Source: a virus
Length of the DNA stretch: 64,000 nt
Direction: 5' to 3' (one strand)
IMG/VR virus record: IMGVR_UViG_3300031774_000001
How positions within the stretch are numbered: position 1 is the stretch's first letter; each line of letters opens with the position of its first letter. Below the pieces are notes generated by a model. It had not been told where the DNA came from and did not search any database. It was given only the letters and a program-made list of their open reading frames with translations. Of the stretch, positions 29,697-38,768 are shown piece after piece. A program made the translations under genes and the position numbers.

Positions 29697-30269
29697 ATGT
29701 TAAATTATGTTTTAAATGGTGGAATAGTAACTCTTCCAGGTTTTTTCCCAGCAGACAAATATTGGGAAATTAAAAAAGATTTAGATAATTTACAATGGCG
29801 TGAATCACATCAACCATTTAAAAATCATTATGGAAATAGATTACAGGCGTTTCCTTGTTATGAAAGTCCATATGATAAAGAGAACGATTTTACTATAAAC
29901 AAGATAGAAAGTATTTTACAAAATAAAATTACTGATTTCAAGACACTTGCTAGAAAAATTGTATTGAGTGAGATAAAACAATCTCCACAAAACTTTGGTA
30001 AATATGGTTTCATACATAGAGATACTTCTATAGAAGATAAAGAACCTTTAATAGCAGCAGTTATGTATTTTGACCAAGCATATGATGGTGGTACGGCATT
30101 TTTTCATACTCAAATGGAGAAAACACCAGACATATATATAAGTGCTATTCCAAATAGATTGGTTTTATATAGTGGTGCTAACCAACACGCACCTTGTTTA
30201 GATTATACTTTTAAAGAAAGAAAAACAATATCTTACTTTTTTAGATTACAGAAAAAAGATGACAAGTAA
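29697..30269 (+). CDS. 2OG-Fe(II) oxygenase-like
   Basis: IHRD, YF...GGTAFF, NRLVLY...H, R. Confidence 0.75.
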   Translation: MLNYVLNGGIVTLPGFFPADKYWEIKKDLDNLQWRESHQPFKNHYGNRLQAFPCYESPYDKENDFTINKIESILQNKITDFKTLARKIVLSEIKQSPQNFGKYGFIHRDTSIEDKEPLIAAVMYFDQAYDGGTAFFHTQMEKTPDIYISAIPNRLVLYSGANQHAPCLDYTFKERKTISYFFRLQKKDDK

Positions 30270-30426
30270 AAAGAATATGACAACTAATAGAACTCCTAGA
30301 CGAATTGATAGAAGTGCTGGAGGTAGAAGCAAAGGTGTAATTGCTCCTATGTTAAAGAAATACTTTGCACCAAAAAATGAAGATGAATATAACAAATTGA
30401 AAAAGAAATATGAAGTTAAAAATTAA
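30259..30426 (+). CDS. 55-aa basic protein
   Basis: Fills the gap; overlaps both neighbours. Confidence 0.45.
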   Translation: MTSKKNMTTNRTPRRIDRSAGGRSKGVIAPMLKKYFAPKNEDEYNKLKKKYEVKN

Positions 30427-30553
30427 AAAATCAGAATATCAAGATATAGCTGATTGTATTCTAATGGAACAAGTATCTGCTCCTGAAATAGTGGAGTTAT
30501 TTGAAGACAAAGGTTTTTATAAGTGGTACAAGAAGAGATATCTTAATGCCTAG
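30410..30553 (+). CDS. 47-aa hypothetical protein
   Basis: MKLKIKKSEYQDIADCI...; overlaps both neighbours. Confidence 0.5.
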   Translation: MKLKIKKSEYQDIADCILMEQVSAPEIVELFEDKGFYKWYKKRYLNA

Positions 30554-30866
30554 ATATACGTTTGAAAATAAGAAGACAGGTAAGAAGTGGACAGATATGA
30601 TGATGATTTCAGAAATGGAAGATTATCTAAAGAAGAATAAACATATTAGACAAGTACCTGTACCCATAAATATAGTTGCTGGCGTCCAAGGGATTTCTTA
30701 TAGAGAAGACGGCGGTTGGAAAGATGTTAAACAAAAAATAGCAGAAGCACACCCAAATAGCTCTTTTGCTAAACATCATAGACGTAGAGGAACAAAAGAA
30801 ATTAAAACGGACCAAGCAAGAGCTAGAGCAAGAATAAAAGCTAGACGACAAGGAGTACCAGATTAA
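30546..30866 (+). CDS. FmdB-like conserved T4-like protein
   Basis: MPRYTFENKKTG, GWKDV..KI...HP. Confidence 0.7.
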   Translation: MPRYTFENKKTGKKWTDMMMISEMEDYLKKNKHIRQVPVPINIVAGVQGISYREDGGWKDVKQKIAEAHPNSSFAKHHRRRGTKEIKTDQARARARIKARRQGVPD

Positions 30867-31255
30867 TGAGTAAAGATATACCAGACTTTATGCGTGGGTT
30901 TGATTTAGATAACGATTGGGGTTTCACTCCAGTATCATCTAAACCATCAGACACACCGAGCATTGATCCTAAAGTAGTAGAAGGAACAAACATTGAACTA
31001 TCTAAAGTTAAGTCAGATGTTTCTACTATCAAAAGTATGATGAACGAAATTATGCAAATAGTGAACGATAAAGAAACGATAACAAAAGAAATTAGTGATG
31101 AAGAAACTAAAGCAAGGTTTAAAGATATTGAAAAGATTGTGTTACCGTTCTTATATAATTTACAAAAAAGTGATGAACCTTATATACATTGGCCTAATAG
31201 AGGTCCAATTATTAAGGCGCAAATAGAGAAACTATTAAAACTAACAAGAGGATAA
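30866..31255 (+). CDS. Conserved T4-like hypothetical protein
   Basis: DWGF, LPFLYNL, YIHWPNR. Confidence 0.75.
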   Translation: MSKDIPDFMRGFDLDNDWGFTPVSSKPSDTPSIDPKVVEGTNIELSKVKSDVSTIKSMMNEIMQIVNDKETITKEISDEETKARFKDIEKIVLPFLYNLQKSDEPYIHWPNRGPIIKAQIEKLLKLTRG

Positions 31256-31258
31256 TAA

Positions 31259-31729
31259 ATGAAATTAACCGAAAACTTTTCGTTGAAAGAAATGACTAAA
31301 AGCCAGACCGCTGAACGGAATGGTATTAGTAATAATCCTAGTGAAGACCATCAAGATAATTTAAAGAAATTATGTGAGAACATACTACAACCAATTAGAA
31401 CTCATTACGGTAAGGTAGTATCAGTATCAAGTGGTTACCGTTCACCAGAATTATGTGTTAAGATAGGTTCAAGCTTAAAATCACAGCACGCCAAAGGCCA
31501 AGCCGCTGATTTTGAAATATTTGGGTTACCAAATGCTGAACTAGCAAAATACATCATTGACAATTTAGATTTTGACCAATTGATATTAGAGTACCACAAT
31601 GTGGATGAACCTAATAGCGGTTGGATCCATTGCTCATATAAGAATTCAGAAGATAATAGAAAGCAGATATTAAGAGCTTATAGAAATTCTGATGGAAAGA
31701 CGATATATGAGCCATATGACCCTAGCTGA
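31259..31729 (+). CDS. Peptidase M15A (D-Ala-D-Ala peptidase fold), putative endolysin
   Basis: LTENFSLKE, SSGYRS, SQHAKGQAADF, DQLILE, WIHCSY. Confidence 0.9.
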   Translation: MKLTENFSLKEMTKSQTAERNGISNNPSEDHQDNLKKLCENILQPIRTHYGKVVSVSSGYRSPELCVKIGSSLKSQHAKGQAADFEIFGLPNAELAKYIIDNLDFDQLILEYHNVDEPNSGWIHCSYKNSEDNRKQILRAYRNSDGKTIYEPYDPS

Positions 31730-31813
31730 GAGGTAAATACTCTTAATAATGAGCAAATAAAGGAACGTAAGAAACTTACCGACCATTATATGCTACACAG
31801 GTCTATTTAAGCA

Positions 31814-31842
31814 TTGACAAAGTGCTAATATAATGTTATTAT
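31814..31842 (+). promoter_or_regulatory. sigma70 promoter
   Basis: TTGACA-17-TATTAT with TG extension. Confidence 0.8.
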
Positions 31843-31848
31843 AAGATT

Positions 31849-32010
31849 ATGAATATACAAAAGCAGATTACAGTATTAAAAGATACAATCAAGTGGTTTA
31901 GAACTCAAATTGAACCACACGATTGTGGATGGATGTACACAACAATAGACGGTATCAAACACCGAATAAGTGATTTGAGAAAGAAATTGAGGAAACAAAA
32001 TGGCAAGTAA
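31849..32010 (+). CDS. 53-aa hypothetical protein (likely leaderless)
   Basis: ATG 6 nt after the -10; EPHDCGWMYTTI. Confidence 0.6.
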   Translation: MNIQKQITVLKDTIKWFRTQIEPHDCGWMYTTIDGIKHRISDLRKKLRKQNGK

Positions 32011-32698
32011 ATTTTCTTGGGTTGATTTAGATAAAAATAAACTTCCAAAAACAAAAGGTAGACGTATAAACGGTTTTCGTTTTTATGACGTTGATGGTAA
32101 AAACTATCCATCTATCACAACAGTTTTAGGTGTACAGAAAAAAGAAGGATTAGATAAGTGGAGAAAAGCAGTTGGTGAAGAAGCAGCCAATTGGGAAATG
32201 GGTAGAGCGGCACGAAGAGGTAAAGCAACTCATACACTTGTTGAACAATATTTAAGAGGTGAAACTCCTAGTATTAGGGACGTACTACCTTTGGGTATGT
32301 TTAGATTAATGCTACCTTACATAGACCAAATTAATAACATACATTTACTAGAAGAGATTATGTATAGTCATAAATTGACTATTGCAGGTCAAGTAGATTG
32401 TGTCGCAGAATACAATGGCAAGTTATCAGTAATAGATTTCAAAACAGCAAACAAAGAACGACAAGAAAGTTGGATAGAAAACTATTATATACAAACTTGT
32501 GCTTATGCAATGATGTATGAGGAGATATTCGGTAAACGCATTGACCAATTAGTTATATTAATGGCAGGTGAAGATGGCACTATGCGTTCTTTTGTCAAGG
32601 ATAGAAAATTATTTGAACCTAAACTTGAAGAATCTATAAAGTATTTTTATAAATACTATGAAGAACTAAACAAAGATAAAATCAAGCAAAATCATTAA
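32000..32698 (+). CDS. PD-(D/E)XK exonuclease
   Basis: YPSITTVL, RGKATH, AGQVDC, IDFKT, QTCAYA. Confidence 0.9.
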   Translation: MASKFSWVDLDKNKLPKTKGRRINGFRFYDVDGKNYPSITTVLGVQKKEGLDKWRKAVGEEAANWEMGRAARRGKATHTLVEQYLRGETPSIRDVLPLGMFRLMLPYIDQINNIHLLEEIMYSHKLTIAGQVDCVAEYNGKLSVIDFKTANKERQESWIENYYIQTCAYAMMYEEIFGKRIDQLVILMAGEDGTMRSFVKDRKLFEPKLEESIKYFYKYYEELNKDKIKQNH

Positions 32699-32733
32699 CA
32701 AAGTGGCCTAAATTTTATCCACGAGAGGTCACT

Positions 32734-33141
32734 ATGTACAAGACAATAATATCACTAATTTTTGGAGCATTACTCTTAATGAGTACTGTTGCTATGGCGG
32801 AGCAAACACCAGAAACACCTAATACTATAGAACCATTACAGCCTGAACAAGACCAAATGGCAAAATTATATTGGATGTCAATGCCAGTTATTTGTGGTAA
32901 ACAGGAATATGTTGAAGAGTATTTAAAACATCATAAATTTCTAATGGCTAATATGTCAGTTGGAAGAGAGAATGCAAAACCTGAAAACCAAATTGTATAT
33001 TACGTTACCTACTGGATATCAGAAGACTTTTCTCAATCAATAGCAGTAGTAACTAATATGGCAGGTACAGAATCTTGTATGATGTATAAGTCATTTGATT
33101 TACAATGGACTGAACCACCAAGATTAGGGAAAGATTTATAA
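32734..33141 (+). CDS. Secreted hypothetical protein
   Basis: Signal peptide ending AMA, PVICG, SC. Confidence 0.7.
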   Translation: MYKTIISLIFGALLLMSTVAMAEQTPETPNTIEPLQPEQDQMAKLYWMSMPVICGKQEYVEEYLKHHKFLMANMSVGRENAKPENQIVYYVTYWISEDFSQSIAVVTNMAGTESCMMYKSFDLQWTEPPRLGKDL

Positions 33142-33144
33142 TGA

Positions 33145-33396
33145 ATTTGACGTTGAAGAATAGATAATAACTAGTGAGGACGTGGGTGCGATTCCCACCA
33201 CCTCCACCAATTCAAAACACATATAATAGTGTGCTTTAAGGGGGTGAGTTAGATTCGACTACTACTAAAACTATTTGGAGTTAAATCGCTGATAGCGTAC
33301 TATCAAAACTATAAAAGCAAACGAAAGTTTAGCTCTTGCTGCCTAGTTACTAGGCAAACGGCGTTGTGTAGTACGTGGCAACAGAAACTACACACT
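33145..33396 (+). ncRNA. ssrA: Circularly permuted two-piece tmRNA (alphaproteobacterial type)
   Basis: Acceptor piece ends GTGGG-TGCGATT-CCCAC-CACCTCC-ACCA (33209); intervening hairpin; coding piece starts GGGGGTG (33240); G3-U70 pair; tag ANESLALAA* 33317-33346. Confidence 0.93.
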
Positions 33397-33424
33397 TTAC
33401 ATTTACTAGAAAATATGTTATAGT
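33396..33424 (+). promoter_or_regulatory. sigma70 promoter for gp33
   Basis: TTTACA-17-TATAGT, ATG 6 nt downstream. Confidence 0.65.
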
Positions 33425-33430
33425 AACACA

Positions 33431-33646
33431 ATGAACTCAAAAGAATTTTCACTAATTATAGAGGACATAGTAAAGAAGCATAAAGAACTATCTTATGTGG
33501 ATGCTATTGTTAAATATTGTGATGAAAATAATATTGAAATTGAAACTACAGCACGTCTAATTACAAAACAACTCAAAGAAAAAATACAACATCAATCAGC
33601 ACAACTAAACCTGTTAAAAGGTGGTAAACCTGGAATGTTGCCATAA
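33431..33646 (+). CDS. 33: Late promoter co-activator gp33
   Basis: FS..IE.IV, YVDAIV.YC.EN.IE.E, LKEKI. Confidence 0.85.
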   Translation: MNSKEFSLIIEDIVKKHKELSYVDAIVKYCDENNIEIETTARLITKQLKEKIQHQSAQLNLLKGGKPGMLP

Positions 33647-33900
33647 TGAAGAAGTATAAAAACTATCAAGCATTTAAAGAATCACTATTAGGTTTTAAAT
33701 TACCTGATTTGTCTTTAGATATAAATGGTCTTAAAAGAATTTCTATACCTACAAGTGATACAATACCAGGTGCGTGTGTAAAAAGAACTTTACCTAAAGT
33801 TACATTACCTGAAGGCAAGACAATTGGTCTAGCATATAACAAAGGTAATTATCAAGTTGTAGATAAATCAGATTTTGAAACTATGGGTAGAAAGATATGA
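33646..33900 (+). CDS. Hypothetical protein
   Basis: AYNKGNYQV motif. Confidence 0.7.
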   Translation: MKKYKNYQAFKESLLGFKLPDLSLDINGLKRISIPTSDTIPGACVKRTLPKVTLPEGKTIGLAYNKGNYQVVDKSDFETMGRKI

Positions 33901-34514
33901 AAGTAGATTTTATAGATAAAATGGGAAGTGACCTATCAGTAGTAAACGCTGCTAGAGTATCATTTGCAAAAAGAAAAGAAGTACTTGATGAGAAAGATGA
34001 TAAGTTAATTAAATATTTGGCACATTGGGGTCATTGGTCACCATTTGCTCACGCTACAATGTCATTTAGAATTAAGGCACCAATATTTGTTGCAAGACAA
34101 TTAGTTAAACATCAAGTTGGTTTAAGTTGGAATGAAGTGAGTAGAAGATATGTAGATGATGATCCAGAATTTTATATGATAGATGAGTGGAGAAGTAGAC
34201 CAAAGAAGTCTATCAAACAAGGTTCAGGTGATAAACTTATAAAATTTGATATTACTCACGCTGTTGATACAGCAAAAGGAACATATCACTATATGTTAGA
34301 GGAAGGTATTGCACCTGAAATGGCACGTATGATATTACCTCAAAATATGATGACCGAATGGATATGGTCTGGTAGTGTATATGCTTTTAGTAGAGTATGT
34401 AATTTAAGAACTAAATCAAACGCACAAAAAGAAACAGGAAGTGTAGCTGAACAAATGGCAAGTATTATGAGAGAACATTTTCCATTATGCAGTAAGTATT
34501 TGCTTGACAAATAG
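33897..34514 (+). CDS. thyX: FAD-dependent thymidylate synthase
   Basis: VVNAARVSF, HWSPF, VARQLVKH...NEVSRRY, ARMILPQ, AQKE. Confidence 0.95.
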   Translation: MKVDFIDKMGSDLSVVNAARVSFAKRKEVLDEKDDKLIKYLAHWGHWSPFAHATMSFRIKAPIFVARQLVKHQVGLSWNEVSRRYVDDDPEFYMIDEWRSRPKKSIKQGSGDKLIKFDITHAVDTAKGTYHYMLEEGIAPEMARMILPQNMMTEWIWSGSVYAFSRVCNLRTKSNAQKETGSVAEQMASIMREHFPLCSKYLLDK

Positions 34515-34532
34515 CAGTTATTGGTATATAAT
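34504..34532 (+). promoter_or_regulatory. sigma70 promoter
   Basis: TTGACA-17-TATAAT. Confidence 0.85.
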
Positions 34533-34541
34533 GAGAGATAT

Positions 34542-35027
34542 ATGAATATATTTTACCTAGATAAAGACGTTAATAAATCAGCAGAATATCACAACGATAA
34601 GCATTGTGTTAAAATGATACTAGAGTATGCTCAATTACTATGTACTGCTCATTGGGAATTAGATGTATCAAATACAGTAATGAATAATCCTTTAGGGTTG
34701 TATAGACCTACACATAAAAATCATCCAAGTGCTATATGGGTTAGAAAATCAAAAGCGAACTACGAATACTTGTATAGATTATTTAATGCTCTATGTAATG
34801 AGTACACACATAGATATGGCAAGACACATTTAACATATAAAAAATTACATAACGTTTTAGCCACACCACCACAAAATATACCAGATAAAGAATTTACAGA
34901 ACCAACACCTGCTATGCCAAAAGATGTTAGGAATAGTGATAGTCTAAAAGCGTATAGAGATTATTATAAGAAATACAAATCACACCTTGCAGTATGGACT
35001 AAAAGAGATACGCCTAGTTGGTATTAA
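34542..35027 (+). CDS. Pyrimidine-dimer DNA glycosylase-like protein
   Basis: MNIFYLD, DKH.VKM.LE.AQLL.TAH, HKNHPSAIW, EY.HRYGK.H, AYR.YY. Confidence 0.75.
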   Translation: MNIFYLDKDVNKSAEYHNDKHCVKMILEYAQLLCTAHWELDVSNTVMNNPLGLYRPTHKNHPSAIWVRKSKANYEYLYRLFNALCNEYTHRYGKTHLTYKKLHNVLATPPQNIPDKEFTEPTPAMPKDVRNSDSLKAYRDYYKKYKSHLAVWTKRDTPSWY

Positions 35028-35028
35028 T

Positions 35029-35652
35029 ATGGCATATGGTGGCTTTGATGTATATAAAATATATCTAGGTGTTAAGTTACATTTTACAACAGACACCTAC
35101 GACTATTATAAATATAGTGGAAAGGTAAATGCAACATTGGATTCATTTACTAAACGGAAAGATAGATACTTCTTCTACAAGTTATCTACAAGATATAGTC
35201 CAAGTGAAGTGCTTGAATTCTTTGTAAGTAATTTTGTTGACGATAGTAAGAAATGGATTGGTAACTTATTAAATGACGATGGACACAAAACCTACCTCAA
35301 TTACAGAAAATATTTTGAGTCTTTTGACTACAGTTTACGAAACAGTATTAATAGTATTGTTTATGACTTTAGCAGGAGGGGCATTTCTTTTGATGATGGT
35401 TTCAGCGTGGTTAATGGGCAACATCCAAGAATGCTACGCTTACTTATTCAAAGGAGAATTAATTTCCCAACCGCCATCATACTCGACTCGGTTCTTAATT
35501 TTATCAAAAACTGGGATAAACAAATTACGGAAAAAGTTGTGTGGCCTGATATGTCCAGAAAACTCAAAAAAATGAAACCATTTATATCATTTAATAGAAC
35601 TAAAGCAAAATTAATAATGAAGGAGATTATAACTAGTGAACTCAAATCTTAA
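35029..35652 (+). CDS. 59: Helicase loader gp59
   Basis: YLGVKLHF...YDYYKY.GK, F.KRKDRYFF.KL; upstream of gp32. Confidence 0.88.
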   Translation: MAYGGFDVYKIYLGVKLHFTTDTYDYYKYSGKVNATLDSFTKRKDRYFFYKLSTRYSPSEVLEFFVSNFVDDSKKWIGNLLNDDGHKTYLNYRKYFESFDYSLRNSINSIVYDFSRRGISFDDGFSVVNGQHPRMLRLLIQRRINFPTAIILDSVLNFIKNWDKQITEKVVWPDMSRKLKKMKPFISFNRTKAKLIMKEIITSELKS

Positions 35653-35714
35653 AAAGAAAATAAACGGCACGTGGACTATACAAGAAATATTAGAAGCAAT
35701 GGAGGTAATATTAA

Positions 35715-36269
35715 ATGGAAGAGTTAAGTAGAACATATGAAGTCATAGATAACTTCTTACAACCAACGGTGTTTGATAAGATGAAGAAAACAATAATGGG
35801 TAATTACTTTCCTTGGTTTCATTATGATGAAATTGTAAGAGAGAACGAACATAAAAAAGATTTAACATTTTATTCAATGCATATGTTATATGATAATGAC
35901 AGACCAACATTTCAGAATTCTTTTGAACTAATGGATCCAGTCTTGGGTGAGTTAATGAAACTTGATGACCCTAGATTTCGTATGAATACTTTAATAAGAG
36001 TAAAAATTAATAACTATCCAAATCAAGGTACATTTAGAGAACATACTAAGCATACAGATTGGCCGAGTAAGGGTGGTTTAAACCGTAAGGCGTGTTTATT
36101 TGCTATAAACACTTGCGATGGATATACCAAGATAGATGATGGAAAAGATTCAGTTAAAATTGATAGTAAAGAAAATAGAGCAATATTATTTGATCCAAGT
36201 ATTCCTCATTGCAGTACAAATACAACAAATGATACAAGGAGAGTTAATATAAACTTTAACTATTTTTAA
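35715..36269 (+). CDS. 2OG-Fe(II) oxygenase-like (tandem copy 1)
   Basis: IDNFL, FPW, HTD, NTCDGYT, NR...FD...H, R..ININYF-like end. Confidence 0.8.
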   Translation: MEELSRTYEVIDNFLQPTVFDKMKKTIMGNYFPWFHYDEIVRENEHKKDLTFYSMHMLYDNDRPTFQNSFELMDPVLGELMKLDDPRFRMNTLIRVKINNYPNQGTFREHTKHTDWPSKGGLNRKACLFAINTCDGYTKIDDGKDSVKIDSKENRAILFDPSIPHCSTNTTNDTRRVNINFNYF

Positions 36270-36796
36270 TGGAACATATAGTAATAGACAATTTTTTAGA
36301 TAAGAAAGATTTTGAAGACATACAATCAAAGGTAATGGGTAGATACTTTCCTTGGTTTTATTATGATACAATAGTAAAAGAATCCGAAAGAGGTCAAATA
36401 GGTAATCAATTTTTTAATATGCATATGTTATATGATAATGATAGACCAACATTTAATACATCTTTTGAATTAATGGATCCAATTTTGAATAAATTATTTC
36501 AACGTGATGATGATTTTAAGTTGAGAACTTTAGTAAGAGTAAAAATAAATTCATATCCAAATCAAAATAAATTTATTGAACATAGTATGCACCAAGATTT
36601 TCCACCTAGTAAACTACCATATAAGACGTGTCTATTCTGTTTAAACACTTGCGATGGATATACAAAACTTGAAGACGGTACTAAAATTGATAGTATTGCT
36701 AATAGAGCAATCTTTTTTGATCCAACTTTTGAACATTGTAGTACAAACACAACAGACCAACCACGGAGAGTTAATATAAACTTTAACTATTTTTAA
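36269..36796 (+). CDS. 2OG-Fe(II) oxygenase-like (tandem copy 2)
   Basis: Paralog of the preceding gene, HQD. Confidence 0.8.
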   Translation: MEHIVIDNFLDKKDFEDIQSKVMGRYFPWFYYDTIVKESERGQIGNQFFNMHMLYDNDRPTFNTSFELMDPILNKLFQRDDDFKLRTLVRVKINSYPNQNKFIEHSMHQDFPPSKLPYKTCLFCLNTCDGYTKLEDGTKIDSIANRAIFFDPTFEHCSTNTTDQPRRVNINFNYF

Positions 36797-36797
36797 T

Positions 36798-37703
36798 ATG
36801 ATAATGACAGATAAAGACGCTGACGATTATTATAAAATGATAAAAGAACTAGAAACAGAAAAGAAGTCTGCTAGAGTATTCTGTATTGGTAATGGTGAAA
36901 GTAGAATTGGTATAGATTTAAATAAGTATAAACAATTTGGTAAGATATATGGTTGCAATGCCATTTATAGAGATTATCCGAACTTATGTGATGTGTTAAC
37001 TGGTGTAGACCACGGCATAGTCCACGAAATGTACCACGCTGGTATGGCACAAAAGATACCTTGTTATTTTAGAAATTGGACTAAAGTGCCTGCTCAATCA
37101 TATGACGCAGTTATGGAAAGTGGAGTACCTAAAGAAGATTTAGAACTAGCAAAGAAACTTGGTGGTATAGTCAGTAATGAACGAGGTGATAGTAAAGAAT
37201 ATGTTTTACACGGTGCTAATTTAAAAGGTGTAGTGAGTATATTAAAAAAAGATGGTGCAGTTACTAAACAAAATGTCCTTAATTCAACAGTTAAAGTCAG
37301 TTGGATAAAAGAACCAGATTACTCACACTCAATAGACGATATAAGCGACCCTAGAGACCACGGTTGGGCTTGTGGTCCTTCTTCTGGTTTAGTTGCAGTT
37401 AAAAGAGAGAAACCTTGTGAAGTGTATATAATAGGACACGATTTATATAGCCATAATGATAAGATTAACAATATATACAAGAGTACCAAGCATTATACAG
37501 CCAAAGATAACAGTCCAACACCAGCTATTAACTGGATTAATCAATGGAAGATGTTAGCGGAATGGTATCCAGACATACATTTCTATAAAGTCAATAGATA
37601 TAATGATGGTAGAGATAAGGTAAATGGAAAGATTGAAGAGTGGAAAAATCTATCAAATATTAAGTACATAGATTATACCACACTTGACAATATGCTCAAA
37701 TAA
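36798..37703 (+). CDS. Hypothetical protein, possible glycan-related Rossmann-like fold
   Basis: FCIGNGESR, YGCNAIYRD, GWACG, IIGHDL. Confidence 0.6.
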   Translation: MIMTDKDADDYYKMIKELETEKKSARVFCIGNGESRIGIDLNKYKQFGKIYGCNAIYRDYPNLCDVLTGVDHGIVHEMYHAGMAQKIPCYFRNWTKVPAQSYDAVMESGVPKEDLELAKKLGGIVSNERGDSKEYVLHGANLKGVVSILKKDGAVTKQNVLNSTVKVSWIKEPDYSHSIDDISDPRDHGWACGPSSGLVAVKREKPCEVYIIGHDLYSHNDKINNIYKSTKHYTAKDNSPTPAINWINQWKMLAEWYPDIHFYKVNRYNDGRDKVNGKIEEWKNLSNIKYIDYTTLDNMLK

Positions 37704-37734
37704 TGTTATTATGAACATAATGAGTGTATAAATA
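37684..37734 (+). promoter_or_regulatory. Tandem sigma70 and late promoters for gp32
   Basis: TTGACA-17-TATTAT (37684-37712) and TATAAATA (37727-37734). Confidence 0.8.
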
Positions 37735-37800
37735 ATAATGAACCCGATAATATAGGGTACACAAATACAACGAATATGTTAATACAAGGAGATAATACAT

Positions 37801-38691
37801 ATGGATTTTGAAACATTAAAATCATCATCAAGTAACTTTGATAAGATTACAAAGGCACTTGAAAAGAACCTCGGTCCCGAGGATCAAGCAAACAAAAACA
37901 AGTATCAAGACGATAGACTTTGGAAACCAGAGTTAGATAAAACTGGTAACGGTTATGCTGTTATTAGATTTTTACCTGCTTCTAATGGCGAAGAAATGCC
38001 TTGGCAAAGAGTATGGTCACACGCATTTCAAGACAAAGGCGGTTGGTACATTGAAAATTCATTAACAACTTTAAATTCTAAAGATCCAGTTAGTGAAGAT
38101 AATACTAGATTATGGAATACAGGTGTAGATAGTGATAAGGATATTGCTCGTAAGAGAAAAAGAAAATTATCATATTATTCTAACATTTATATTGTAAGTG
38201 ATCCAAAACATCCTGAAAATGAAGGCAAAGTTTTCTTATACAAATTTGGTAAAAAGATATTTGATAAGATATCAGAAGCAATGCAACCTCAATTTGCGGA
38301 TGAAAAGGCAATCAACCCATTTGATTTTTGGAAAGGTGCAAACTTTAAACTAAAAATTAGAAAAGTTGATGGTTATTGGAACTACGACAAATCTGAATTT
38401 GAAGGTGTTACGCCAGTAGCAAGTGAAGATACTGCTATAAAAGAGATATGGGCGAAACAATATCCTTTAAAACCTTTTGTAGACCCTAGTAATTTTAAAA
38501 CCTATGACGAACTCAAAGAGAAACTGAATAGGGTAATTATGGGTACACAAAGCACCGAAACTGTTGAAACAGTTGACCTCCCACAACAGACCAATGGTCA
38601 GGTGAAAAGTACTAACGTTGTGAACTCTAAACCTGCTAGTGAGGAAGACGACACATTGTCTTATTTTAGCAAATTGGCAGACGAAGAGTAA
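37801..38691 (+). CDS. 32: Single-stranded DNA-binding protein gp32
   Basis: DDRLWKP..DK.GNG.AVIRFLP, WYIEN, GKKIFDKI, NYDKSEF, acidic tail. Confidence 0.97.
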   Translation: MDFETLKSSSSNFDKITKALEKNLGPEDQANKNKYQDDRLWKPELDKTGNGYAVIRFLPASNGEEMPWQRVWSHAFQDKGGWYIENSLTTLNSKDPVSEDNTRLWNTGVDSDKDIARKRKRKLSYYSNIYIVSDPKHPENEGKVFLYKFGKKIFDKISEAMQPQFADEKAINPFDFWKGANFKLKIRKVDGYWNYDKSEFEGVTPVASEDTAIKEIWAKQYPLKPFVDPSNFKTYDELKEKLNRVIMGTQSTETVETVDLPQQTNGQVKSTNVVNSKPASEEDDTLSYFSKLADEE

Positions 38692-38723
38692 ACCTTTCTC
38701 TCTCAAATAAACGTTAAAACTTC

Positions 38724-38752
38724 AAGGGCACCTAGTAATAGGTGCCCTTTTT
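38724..38752 (+). terminator. Rho-independent terminator
   Basis: AAGGGCACCTA-GTAA-TAGGTGCCCTT followed by a T run. Confidence 0.9.
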
Positions 38753-38755
38753 CAT

Positions 38756-38763
38756 TATAAATA
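38756..38763 (+). promoter_or_regulatory. Late promoter
   Basis: TATAAATA 5 nt before the gp2 ATG. Confidence 0.85.
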
Positions 38764-38768
38764 GTAGT

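Noticed and set aside
32000-32698. Cas4/CRISPR system
   Set aside because: Ordinary phage PD-(D/E)XK exonuclease without the Fe-S cysteine set; no repeat-spacer array seen in the window
33178-33209. tRNA gene or integration att site
   Set aside because: No anticodon arm; it is the acceptor piece of the tmRNA; no integrase present
35715-36796. Diversity-generating retroelement TR/VR pair
   Set aside because: Both copies are full ORFs, differences are not adenine-specific, and no reverse transcriptase is present
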